Assembly (NCBI GenBank): GCA_041497895.1
Contig: JBGQHJ010000014.1
Coordinates: 1-54,466, forward strand
From: Candidatus Methylomirabilia bacterium
GTDB taxonomy: Bacteria; Methylomirabilota; Methylomirabilia; Rokubacteriales; CSP1-6
DNA: 54,466 nt
Direction of reading: 5' to 3'
Translations under genes and position numbers: made by a program
The notes under the pieces: model-generated
The model's database searches: none
The model's input: only the letters and a program-made list of their open reading frames with translations
Told to the model about the DNA's origin: nothing
Shown here: piece by piece, positions 8,842 through 17,214 of the stretch
Numbering within the stretch: the stretch's first letter is position 1
Layout: each line of letters starts with the position of its first letter

Positions 8842-9510
8842 CTAGAGCAGCGCGGTGAAGAAGCCGAGGGTGCGCTGGCGGGCCAGCCGGGCGCTCGGCT
8901 CGTGGTAGCTCCCGCGCTCGTCGCAGCTGAAGCCGTGGCCGGCCGGGTAGGTGTGGATGGGCACCTCCGGATGCGCGGCGCGGATGCGCGCCCGGTGCTC
9001 GGGCGGGATCCCCTGGTCGGTCTCCCCGAAGTGCAGCAGGACCGGGCACCGCGGCGTCTCGCTCGCGGTTTCCGCGATGCCGCCGCCGTAGTAACCCACC
9101 GCCGCCTTCACCCCGTCGATGCGCGCGCAGGCGAGCCAGGCCAGGGTGCCACCGAGGCAGTAGCCGACCACCCCGGTCGGCAGCCCCTCGGCCTTGAGGG
9201 CCTCCACCGCGGCCCGCACGTCACGGACCATGTCCGCGATGTCGACCTTGCCGCGGATCGAGCGGCCGCGCTCGATGTCGTCGGCGGTGTAGCCGAGGTT
9301 GATCCCGGGCTCGACCCGATCGAAGATGGCGGGCGCGAGGGCCACGTAGCCGTCGGCCGCGAAGCGATCGCACAGGCCCTGGATGTGGTGGTTGACCCCG
9401 AAGATCTCCTGGACGACCACGAGCCCGCCCTTAGGCGCCCCGCTCGGCGCGGCACGATAGGCGGAGAGACGGTGCTGGTCTTCGGCGGTGAGATTGATCA
9501 TCTGACCCAT
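8842..9510 (-). CDS. dienelactone hydrolase family protein
   Basis: QEIFGVN, GYCLGG nucleophile motif, AGHGF. Confidence 0.93.
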   Translation of the reverse strand: MGQMINLTAEDQHRLSAYRAAPSGAPKGGLVVVQEIFGVNHHIQGLCDRFAADGYVALAPAIFDRVEPGINLGYTADDIERGRSIRGKVDIADMVRDVRAAVEALKAEGLPTGVVGYCLGGTLAWLACARIDGVKAAVGYYGGGIAETASETPRCPVLLHFGETDQGIPPEHRARIRAAHPEVPIHTYPAGHGFSCDERGSYHEPSARLARQRTLGFFTALL

Positions 9511-9552
9511 CGGTCGGCTCCTTGTCGAAAAGGTTGGAGAGATGACTGCCCC

Positions 9553-10407
9553 TCAGAGCAGCGGACGCGCGAGCACCACGAGCCGGGGCAGGTCCGGCTC
9601 GGGGCCCTTCAGCAGCACGGTGGCCGCGGCGGCGACGCGCGCGCCCGCGCGCTCGAGCAGCCGGCCGGCCGCGCGCACGGTGCCCCCGGTGGCGATGACG
9701 TCGTCCACCAGCAGCACCCGGCGGCCTTCGAGCAGCGGCCAGTCGAGCGGATCCAGCACCAGGGCCTGTCGACCCGAGGTGGTGATGCTCACCGCCTCCT
9801 CCACCAGCGGCTCGCGCGGCCGGCGCGGCATGTAGTTCTTGAGGCCCTTGCGAAGCACCACGTAGCGGTCCTGGCCGAAGCACTCCGCGACCACCTGCAC
9901 CATGCCCACCGCCTTCGACTCCGAGCACACCACCACGTCGAAGACCTCGTCGGGCGCGATGCCCTCGTCCATCAGCCGGCGATAGAGCAGGTCGCCACAG
10001 GCCTGGTTGAGCCGGCCCTGGCCGAGCAGGTTGAACGAGGCGATGTACTGCTGGGCTCCGTGGAGCCGGGTGATCGGCCGGTCGGTGGTGAGCGCGCCGG
10101 AGCCGATGCGGAGCTCGCACCAGCCGATCACGTCGCCGGGCGCGCTCCCGCCCGCGGGCGCGCCGCCGGAATCGGCGAGCTCCCAGCCCTGGGCCTGGGC
10201 GAGCGTGGCCGCGAGCCACCGTGCCGCGTCCATGTCGCCGCCGTCGAGCGTGGTGAGGCACTCGACCTGGGCCCGGCGCAGCCGGAGGCGTGCCTCGTCA
10301 TCGACCGCGCCGCGCGGCAGGACCGCGGCGGGCCGCTCGCCTCCCGCGTGGGCCAGGGCCTCCACCGCGGAGGCGGCATCCTCGTACGCCCCGATGACGA
10401 CGGACAC
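9553..10407 (-). CDS. type I phosphoribosyltransferase (APRT-like) with N-terminal extension
   Basis: ESKA, VVLRKG.K.YM, SITT...Q.L, and PRPP motif VLLVDDVIATGGT. About 90 extra N-terminal residues. Confidence 0.85.
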   Translation of the reverse strand: MSVVIGAYEDAASAVEALAHAGGERPAAVLPRGAVDDEARLRLRRAQVECLTTLDGGDMDAARWLAATLAQAQGWELADSGGAPAGGSAPGDVIGWCELRIGSGALTTDRPITRLHGAQQYIASFNLLGQGRLNQACGDLLYRRLMDEGIAPDEVFDVVVCSESKAVGMVQVVAECFGQDRYVVLRKGLKNYMPRRPREPLVEEAVSITTSGRQALVLDPLDWPLLEGRRVLLVDDVIATGGTVRAAGRLLERAGARVAAAATVLLKGPEPDLPRLVVLARPLL

Positions 10408-10419
10408 GATCGTCTGCCC

Positions 10420-10887
10420 TCAGAGCGCGTCGACGGCCTGTAGGACGTCGGCCGCGTGGCGGTCGACCTTGACGTTGTCCCAGCGGCGCACGACCTTGCC
10501 GTCCGGGCCGATGAGGTAGGTCATCCGGGCCACGCCCATGTACGTCCGACCGTAGAGGCTCTTCTTCTGCCACGCCCCGTACTTGTCGGCCACCGTGTGC
10601 TCCGGATCGGCGAGCAGCGGGAAGTTCAGCTCGTGCTTGCGCGCGAAGCGGGCCTTGCTGGCGGTGTCGAGCACGCTCACCCCGAGCACGGCGGCCCGGC
10701 CCTTCCTGAAGTCGGGCACCGCGTCGCGGAAGGCGCACGCCTCCCGGGTGCAGCCCGGCGTGTCGTCCTTCGGGTAGAAGTAGAGGATCAGCGCCCGGCC
10801 CGCGTAGTCCCGGAGCCGGTGGGTCTTGCCGTCCTGATCGGGCAGCGCGAACGCGGGGGCCTTGCGTCCCGGCTCGACGAGCGGCAT
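10420..10887 (-). CDS. bcp: thioredoxin-dependent peroxiredoxin Bcp/PrxQ
   Basis: YFYPKDDTPGCTREACAFRD. Confidence 0.95.
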   Translation of the reverse strand: MPLVEPGRKAPAFALPDQDGKTHRLRDYAGRALILYFYPKDDTPGCTREACAFRDAVPDFRKGRAAVLGVSVLDTASKARFARKHELNFPLLADPEHTVADKYGAWQKKSLYGRTYMGVARMTYLIGPDGKVVRRWDNVKVDRHAADVLQAVDAL

Positions 10888-10973
10888 CGAAAGCCTCCTG
10901 GCTCTGCTCGGGTGGGTGGACCGGCGCCCGGCCGCGCGCCGGCGCCCATCCTACTACCCGCCGCCGGGAGACG

Positions 10974-11876
10974 CTACCGGGCCGAGAGCCGGCGCCCGAT
11001 GCGCTTCTCCACCACGTGGGTGACCGCCGAGAAGTCCTCCCGCCCCCACCCGCTGTCGAGCGCCTCGTCGTAGGTGCGCTTGGTCTCCTCCAGGATCGGC
11101 GCCGGCACCTGGACCGAGCGGGCCAGGTCGAGCGCGAGCGTCGCGTCCTTGCGCATGAGCTCGAGCATGAACGTGGGCGAGAACTCTCCGTCGAAGATCC
11201 GCTTGGCCCGCCGGTCGAAGTAGGTGCCGTAGGCCATGCCGCCGCCGTTCTTGACCACGTCGTAGAACGTGCTCGGATCCACCCCGGACTGCACGCATAC
11301 CGCCAGCGCCTCGGCCACCGCCACCGAGGTGACCGCGGCCAGACCGTTGTGGATGAGCTTGACCCGGTTCGCCATGCTGGAGCCGCCCACGTACATGTGC
11401 ATCTTGCCCATGATCTCGAGATAGGGCGCGATCGCCGGGAGGCGGCCCGCCTCGCCTCCCACGATGAAGAAGATCTGCCCCTCCACCGCCTGGGGCTGCG
11501 AGCCCAGCATGGGCGTGTCCATGTGATCGACGCCCCGCTCCCGGAGCGCGGCGTGGAGCGTGGCGGTCACCTGCGGGCTGACCGTCGAGCAGTCGCACGT
11601 CACGAGCCCGCGGCGGGCCCCGGAGGCGATGCCGCCGGCGCCCAGGTAGACCTCGCGCACGATCGCGTCGTTGGGCAGGCAGGTGAAGAGCACCGCGCAC
11701 TGCGCCGCGACGTCCGCCACCGATGCCGCCACCGTCGCCCCGGGCAGCCGCGCGGCCGCGGCCCGCGCGGCGGGGCTCGCGTCGTAGGCCACCAGCGAGA
11801 CCCCGCCCTTGGCCAGGTTGCTGGCCATCGGCAATCCCATCGTGCCCAGCCCGATGAATCCGACTCGCTCGCTCAT
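10974..11876 (-). CDS. NAD(P)-dependent 3-hydroxyisobutyrate/tartronate semialdehyde dehydrogenase family
   Basis: GFIGLGTMG.PMA.NL, DCSTVSP, DTPMLG, catalytic KLIHN. Confidence 0.9.
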   Translation of the reverse strand: MSERVGFIGLGTMGLPMASNLAKGGVSLVAYDASPAARAAAARLPGATVAASVADVAAQCAVLFTCLPNDAIVREVYLGAGGIASGARRGLVTCDCSTVSPQVTATLHAALRERGVDHMDTPMLGSQPQAVEGQIFFIVGGEAGRLPAIAPYLEIMGKMHMYVGGSSMANRVKLIHNGLAAVTSVAVAEALAVCVQSGVDPSTFYDVVKNGGGMAYGTYFDRRAKRIFDGEFSPTFMLELMRKDATLALDLARSVQVPAPILEETKRTYDEALDSGWGREDFSAVTHVVEKRIGRRLSAR

Positions 11877-11900
11877 GGTCGCTCCTGACTCGATGTGGGA

Positions 11901-12368
11901 TCAGATGACGGGCGCGGTGGCGCGCACCGGGTGGCGCGCGCCGTCCACGAGCAGCGCGGACCCTTCTCCGGTGTCCAGCAGGAACGGAGCGAGCTGCTGC
12001 ATCGCCACCCGGCCGAAGCGCGCCCGGAAGAGTCCGCCGCGGATGCGGCAGAAGAGCAGCCCGCGCTCGGTCTCGAGCGTGCGCGGATCGAGCGCCTCCC
12101 GGTAGTCGCCTGCGAAGTGAAGCTCCACCGCCTGGAGCGCCGCGCCCTCGATGGTCAGGCGGAGGCGCTGGACGACGAACGGGGTGTCGACGGCCTCGAA
12201 CCAGTTCCGCTCGCCCTGGCAGAGGACCAGACAGCGCCCGTCGTCGGTCCGGGTCATGGCCCGCAGGAAGAAGCGCAGCACCGCGGGATCGACGATCTCG
12301 GTGCCGTCGTGGAACACGCGCCCGTCGCGGTCGACCTGGTAGCGGTACTCCCGCGCGAGCTCGGTCAT
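11901..12368 (-). CDS. DUF1285-like hypothetical protein
   Basis: VDRDGRVFHDGTEI....LRFF, V.DTPFVV, ARFGR pattern; ATGA overlap with the upstream gene. Confidence 0.6.
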   Translation of the reverse strand: MTELAREYRYQVDRDGRVFHDGTEIVDPAVLRFFLRAMTRTDDGRCLVLCQGERNWFEAVDTPFVVQRLRLTIEGAALQAVELHFAGDYREALDPRTLETERGLLFCRIRGGLFRARFGRVAMQQLAPFLLDTGEGSALLVDGARHPVRATAPVI

Positions 12369-13657
12369 CGTGCCCCGGCGACCGGCACCGACGGCTGGCG
12401 CGCGACGCGGCGGGCCAGCAGGGCGCGCGCCTCCGCCGGGCGTCCCGCCCGCAGGTAGGCCGCCAGCAGCGTATGCTCGAAGAGATCGCGCTGGGCCCAG
12501 CTGCCGCCCACCCGCACGAACTGGTCGAGCACCGGCGCGAGCGCCGCGATCGTCTCCTCGTAGCGCCCGGCCGCAAACGCTCCCATCGCGACCGCCACCG
12601 CCGGGGTCACCGGGCCGGACGGCGCCCGCCCCTCCGCGTCCGCCTCCCGCAGCCGGGCGATCCAGCGCTCGAGCGCGGCGCCCTCACCCGCCGCAGCCAG
12701 GGCCACCGCGCAGTGCGCGTCGACGAAGGCGAGCCCGGGAGACGGGAAGGCGGCCCCCGCGTGTCGGGCCACCACGCGCCACGCTTCCGGCACCGGCGCC
12801 GCGCCCGAGAGCTCGCGGCGCCAGAGCAGCGACGCCGAGTCCACCACGGTCGTGAACGCCGAGCACCGCGACCGGCCGGGCGCGATGCTCGACTCGTAGA
12901 TCGCGAGCGCGGCATCCCCACGTCCGCGACCCAGCTCGAAGAGGGCCCGGTGCCAGGAGAGGTGGCAGTGCAGCGCGGCTTCCGGCGGGTAGCCGGGCAG
13001 CCAGCGCTCGACGAACTCCGCCCCGCGCTCGTCGTCGCCTCGCTCGTAGAGCACGTGGGCCCACGCGTGCGCGGCGTGGGCGTTGCGGCGCTCGAGCTCG
13101 AGCGAGCGCTCGATCAGGGGGGCGCCCGCCTTCCAGCCGAGCGCTTCCGTCCGCGCGAAGCCGTGCGCGCCCAGGAACCACCAGTCCTCGCCGTAGGCCG
13201 GGGCGAGCCCGTCGAGTAGCGCCAGCATCTCCTCGTCCCGCTCCTGTCGCCCGCTGAAGCCGATGAGGCCGTAGATGCCGTTGGCCGCGGCGAGGGCCAC
13301 CACGTCCCGCGGGAACTCGCCCAGGTGCTCGCGGACGAGAGCGAGCGCGCGGTCGCCCGGCCCGCTCGCGGCGGCGGCCAGGGCCTCCACGTGCCCGCGC
13401 TCGCGGCGTCCGAGCCCGCCCGCCAGCGCGACCGCCGCGGTCGCCGCGGCCCGGCCCTCGGGCCCGCGGCCGGCGACCAGCAGGCTCCGCGACCGACCGA
13501 TGTGCGCCAGCGCGAAGCCCGGGTCGGCGGCGAGGGCGCGGTCGAATCCCTCGAGGGCGCCTTCGCGGGCGGCGAGGAGCCGGTCCACCGCGTCGACGTA
13601 CGCCCCCGCGGCCGCGGGCGACGCGGCGATCGAGAGCCCGTAGCGATCGGTCGGCAT
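12365..13657 (-). CDS. tetratricopeptide repeat protein 38 (TTC38)-like
   Basis: DRYGL, ADPGFALAH, NAHAAHAWAHVLYE, HCHLSWH.ALFEL, GGSWAQRDLF. Start at ATG 13657. Confidence 0.85.
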   Translation of the reverse strand: MPTDRYGLSIAASPAAAGAYVDAVDRLLAAREGALEGFDRALAADPGFALAHIGRSRSLLVAGRGPEGRAAATAAVALAGGLGRRERGHVEALAAAASGPGDRALALVREHLGEFPRDVVALAAANGIYGLIGFSGRQERDEEMLALLDGLAPAYGEDWWFLGAHGFARTEALGWKAGAPLIERSLELERRNAHAAHAWAHVLYERGDDERGAEFVERWLPGYPPEAALHCHLSWHRALFELGRGRGDAALAIYESSIAPGRSRCSAFTTVVDSASLLWRRELSGAAPVPEAWRVVARHAGAAFPSPGLAFVDAHCAVALAAAGEGAALERWIARLREADAEGRAPSGPVTPAVAVAMGAFAAGRYEETIAALAPVLDQFVRVGGSWAQRDLFEHTLLAAYLRAGRPAEARALLARRVARQPSVPVAGAR

Positions 13658-13665
13658 CGCGAGGC

Positions 13666-13773
13666 TCAGCCGCGCGCGGACGTCGGCGGCACGTCGGCGC
13701 ACGCTCCGGCGCAGCGGAAGCGCACGTCGATCGCGGCCGCAGCGACGAGGAGCACGAGGAGGCTCGGGGCCAT
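13666..13773 (-). CDS. possible 35-aa small protein (MAPSLLVLLVAAAAIDVRFRCAGACADVPPTSARG)
   Basis: ATG with GGAG 9 nt upstream and a TACGCT -10-like box; stop 8 nt before the TTC38 start. Confidence 0.3.
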   Translation of the reverse strand: MAPSLLVLLVAAAAIDVRFRCAGACADVPPTSARG

Positions 13774-13818
13774 GGGCGTGGCTCCGAGCGTATCCTTTCC
13801 GGGGGCCGACAGGCAACG

Positions 13819-13843
13819 GGGGCCGGCGATCGGCGCCGGCCCC
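13819..13843 (-). terminator. GC stem-loop after mreB
   Basis: GGGGCCGGCG-ATCGG-CGCCGGCCCC. Confidence 0.5.
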
Positions 13844-13855
13844 GGTCGAGCGAGA

Positions 13856-14884
13856 CTAGGCGGGAATCGCGACGCGCTTGAGGATGTCGAGCTGGTCGAG
13901 GACCGTCCCGGCTCCGCGGGCCACGCAGGTGAGCGGGTCTTCGGTCGCGCGGATCGTCAGGCCCGTCTCCTGGTGGAGCAGGGCGTCGAGGCCGCGGAGG
14001 AGGGCGCCGCCGCCGGTGAGGACGATCCCGTTGTCGCTGATGTCGGCGGCCAGCTCGGGCGGCGTCTTCTCGAGGCAGGCCCGCACCGCCGCCACGATGT
14101 CCGCGACCGGCTCGCGCATGGCCTCGCGCACCTCGAGGGCCGTGACCACCACCGTCTTGGGCAGCCCGTCGAGCAGGTCGCGGCCCTGGACCTCCATCCC
14201 CTCGTTGTCGTCGCCCTTGGGATAGGCCGAGCCCAGGCGGATCTTCAGCCCCTCGGCCCGCCGCTCGCCCACCAGCAGGTCGTAGCTGCGCCGCAGGAAC
14301 TGGATGATCGACTGGTTCATGTCGTCGCCCGCCGTGCGCAGCGACTCGGAGTACACCACGCCACAGAGTGACATGACCGCGACCTCGGTGGTGCCGCCGC
14401 CGATGTCCACGATCATGCTCGCGCCGGGCTCGGCCACCGGCAGGCCCGCCCCGAGGGCGGCGGCCATGGAGGCCTGGATCAGGTAGACCTCACGCGCGCC
14501 CGCCTGGCGGGCAGCGTCCCGGACCGCGCGCCGCTCCACCTGGGTGATACCGGAGGGCGTGACGATGACCAGCCGTGGCTGCACCAGGCTCCAGCCGCGA
14601 CGGGTCTTGCTGATGAAATAGCGGAACATCTTCTGGGTACGATCGAAATCGGCAATGACTCCGTGGCGGAGGGGCCGGACGACCTGGACCGAGCCCGGCG
14701 CGCGGCCAAGCATGGCCTTGGCCTCGTTGCCCACGGCCTGGACATTGCCGCTCATGTCGACCGCGACGACCGACGGCTCGTCCAGGACCACGCCCTGCCC
14801 CCGGACGTAGAGCCGGGTGTTCGACGTGCCGAGGTCTACCGCCAGGTCGCTCGAGAGCATCCGCCCAAGTCCGCCAAGATTCAT
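13856..14884 (-). CDS. mreB: MreB/Mbl actin-like protein, stand-alone paralog with the catalytic Glu substituted
   Basis: DLGTSNT, EPSVVA, RPLRHGVIADF, DIGGGTTEVAV, LTGGGALLRG, TPPELAADI. The canonical IEEPMAAA reads IQASMAAA. Confidence 0.92.
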   Translation of the reverse strand: MNLGGLGRMLSSDLAVDLGTSNTRLYVRGQGVVLDEPSVVAVDMSGNVQAVGNEAKAMLGRAPGSVQVVRPLRHGVIADFDRTQKMFRYFISKTRRGWSLVQPRLVIVTPSGITQVERRAVRDAARQAGAREVYLIQASMAAALGAGLPVAEPGASMIVDIGGGTTEVAVMSLCGVVYSESLRTAGDDMNQSIIQFLRRSYDLLVGERRAEGLKIRLGSAYPKGDDNEGMEVQGRDLLDGLPKTVVVTALEVREAMREPVADIVAAVRACLEKTPPELAADISDNGIVLTGGGALLRGLDALLHQETGLTIRATEDPLTCVARGAGTVLDQLDILKRVAIPA

Positions 14885-14915
14885 GTGCCGTGGCCCTCCC
14901 GCCTGGCAGCAAGAA

Positions 14916-14945
14916 TTCAAGAAGCGGACCACGATTGGCGCCAAT
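14916..14945 (-). promoter_or_regulatory. AT-rich regulatory region with a sigma54-like motif and a 12-bp palindrome
   Basis: Minus-strand TGGTCCGCTTCTTGAA (imperfect -24/-12) adjacent to the palindrome ATTGGCGCCAAT. Confidence 0.35.
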
Positions 14946-15008
14946 ATTATTCAATGTTTACACCGCCATTCCGCCAGGTCGGTGACGGGCCCTGTCAGTC
15001 AATGCGGC

Positions 15009-15941
15009 TCAGCGCGGCACCGGTGCCTGCTGATCGCTCGCCGCGGCCTGCATGAGCAGCACGGGCAGCGGCTTGCCGGGCTCGCCCACCTGGAGAACCC
15101 GGGCCGGGTTGTCGATCCCCTCGGTGGAAAACGCCTGGACCAGGCGGCGACGGTACTCCCGGCCGACCGTCCACTGCTGGATCGGCAGGGTCTTGAGCCG
15201 AGCCTTGATCACGAGGCTCGCCTCCTTGAACCCGTCCACCCCGAACACCTCGATCGGCTCGAGGATGAGCGGGCCGTGGGCCGGATCCGCCCGCAGCTCG
15301 TCGCCCACCCGGCGCATGACCGCGATCACGCGGTCGGGATCCTCCCGGAACGGGACCTCCACGTCCACGACGTAGCCGGACCAGCCCCGGGTCATGTTGG
15401 CCAGGGTGGTCACGGCGCCGTTCTGGAAGATGTGCAGCGTTCCCGCCAGGTCGCGCAGGACGATGGTCCGGAAGGTCACGGTCTCGACGAGCCCACCGGT
15501 GCCGTTGACCACCGCCACGTCGCCCACCCGGACCTGATCCTCCAGCACGAGGAAGAAGCCCGCGATCACGTCGCGCACCAGGTACTGGGCCCCGAAGCCC
15601 ACCGCGAGGCCCACGATGCCCGCGCCGGCCAGGATGGGCCGTACGTCGAGCCCCAGCTGGGAGAGACAGACCACCGCCACCACGGACCAGAGCACCACCA
15701 GGGCGAGGGTGCGCAGCACGCTGGTGAGCGTGGCCACCCGCGACCGGGTGACCGCGGCCAGCGCGCCGGTGCGCTCGCCCGCCCGCACGAGGACCCGCTC
15801 GAGCTGGACGAGCAGCGCCCGCAGCACGCGCGCCAGGATGAAGCCGCCGACGAGGGCGAGCGCGAGGCGGCCCGCGGACTGGGCGACGGTGCCCGCGATG
15901 CCGGTGAGGAGCCGCTGGATATCGGCCGAAACGAATTCCAT
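15009..15941 (-). CDS. small-conductance mechanosensitive channel (MscS/YbiO-like)
   Basis: LAGAGIVGLAVGFGAQ.LVRDVIAGFF...EDQ.RVGD; AAGGAGG SD before ATG 15941. Confidence 0.93.
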   Translation of the reverse strand: MEFVSADIQRLLTGIAGTVAQSAGRLALALVGGFILARVLRALLVQLERVLVRAGERTGALAAVTRSRVATLTSVLRTLALVVLWSVVAVVCLSQLGLDVRPILAGAGIVGLAVGFGAQYLVRDVIAGFFLVLEDQVRVGDVAVVNGTGGLVETVTFRTIVLRDLAGTLHIFQNGAVTTLANMTRGWSGYVVDVEVPFREDPDRVIAVMRRVGDELRADPAHGPLILEPIEVFGVDGFKEASLVIKARLKTLPIQQWTVGREYRRRLVQAFSTEGIDNPARVLQVGEPGKPLPVLLMQAAASDQQAPVPR

Positions 15942-15970
15942 CGGACGCACCTCCTTGGTACGGCGTGGGG

Positions 15971-16696
15971 TCACGCGGAGCGCTGCGTGAGCCGGATGCC
16001 GAGATGGTCGCCCGCGTCGTCGAGCCCGGCGACCGTCCGATCACTCGTGACCTCCAGCGCGATCGGACCCTCGATGGCGGTCGCATCGACGTCCACCGCC
16101 AGCCGCATGGGCGAGTCCACCCAGCGGAAGATCAGCCCGCCTGCTCCGGTCGTCTCGACCTGGCCGTCGAGAAGGTCGCGCCACTGCGTGAGCGCGCGCT
16201 CCGCCGAGTGGGCGCGCAGGCGCAGCCCGAGAATCCGGACGGTCGGCGGCGGGTCGGGAAGCCCCGGCGGGGTCGACAGGGCGGGATCCGGTCCCGGCGC
16301 GCGGGCAGTCTCGACGAGCTGCACGACGATGCCCTGCCCCTGCTTCGGGTGGAGGAACGCCTCCTTCCAGGAAGGATCGGACTCGTCACGACCGACAATG
16401 TCGTAGCCGAGGCCCTGGGCGCGGCGGCAGACCTCGGAGAGCCGGGGCACCTTGAAGGTGACGTGATGGACCCCAGGCCCGCGCGCGGCGAGGAAGCGGT
16501 GGAGGAAGCCGTCGGCGCCGACCGGCTCGAGGATCTCGATGCAGCCGCCGCCCTCGAAGCGCCACGTCGCCCACCGGAAGACCCCGGCCGGGCGGCTCTT
16601 GTCGGGCACGCCGCCCAGGACGCCAACCAGGAGGTCGGGAGCCCGGCTGATGCTCGGCAGCGCAATGGCGATATGATCGAGCCGGGTCGGGGGCAT
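15971..16696 (-). CDS. VOC/glyoxalase family protein (methylmalonyl-CoA epimerase-like N-domain)
   Basis: LDHIAIA, IEILEP, FL..RGPGVHHVTFKV, EAFLHPK...G.VVQLVE. Confidence 0.85.
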   Translation of the reverse strand: MPPTRLDHIAIALPSISRAPDLLVGVLGGVPDKSRPAGVFRWATWRFEGGGCIEILEPVGADGFLHRFLAARGPGVHHVTFKVPRLSEVCRRAQGLGYDIVGRDESDPSWKEAFLHPKQGQGIVVQLVETARAPGPDPALSTPPGLPDPPPTVRILGLRLRAHSAERALTQWRDLLDGQVETTGAGGLIFRWVDSPMRLAVDVDATAIEGPIALEVTSDRTVAGLDDAGDHLGIRLTQRSA

Positions 16697-16782
16697 CGGC
16701 GCCCCCATCTTACTCGGAAGGCCGGCAGCCGGTGCATCGCCGGGGCCGCTTCCACCATCTCAAGTGCGGGAGGACAGAGCAA

Positions 16783-17124
16783 ATGAGCAACGAGGCCCCC
16801 TGGCTGTTGCATCTCGACGAGAAGAACTACGACGAGGCGCTGGTCGCCGCGGAAGGCGTGATGATGGTGGATTTCTGGGCCGAGTGGTGCGGGCCCTGCC
16901 GGGCCGTCGGACCGGTCCTCGAGGATCTCGCCCGGACCTCGGGCGGTGCCGTGACACTGGCGAAGGTCAACGTGGACGAGAACCCCGGGCTGGCCGCCCG
17001 CTACGGCATCCGGTCGATCCCGACGATCTTGTTCGTGAAGGACGGCAAGGTCCAGGATCAGCTGATCGGGGCCGTCCCGAAGCCGCAGATCCAGGCCAAG
17101 CTGACCGCCGTCTCCAGCAAGTAA
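16783..17124 (+). CDS. trxA: thioredoxin
   Basis: VDFWAEWCGPC, IRSIPT; GGGAGG SD. Confidence 0.97.
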   Translation: MSNEAPWLLHLDEKNYDEALVAAEGVMMVDFWAEWCGPCRAVGPVLEDLARTSGGAVTLAKVNVDENPGLAARYGIRSIPTILFVKDGKVQDQLIGAVPKPQIQAKLTAVSSK

Positions 17125-17130
17125 GCCATT

Positions 17131-17163
17131 GCAGCCGGCCGGGGATGTCACCCGGCCGGCTGC
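17131..17163 (+). terminator. 13-bp perfect stem-loop after trxA
   Basis: GCAGCCGGCCGGG-GATGTCA-CCCGGCCGGCTGC. Confidence 0.6.
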
Positions 17164-17214
17164 CAGACCGCCCTCCATTTTCCTCGCCCGATCGCCCGTG
17201 CTAGGCTCCGCCCC

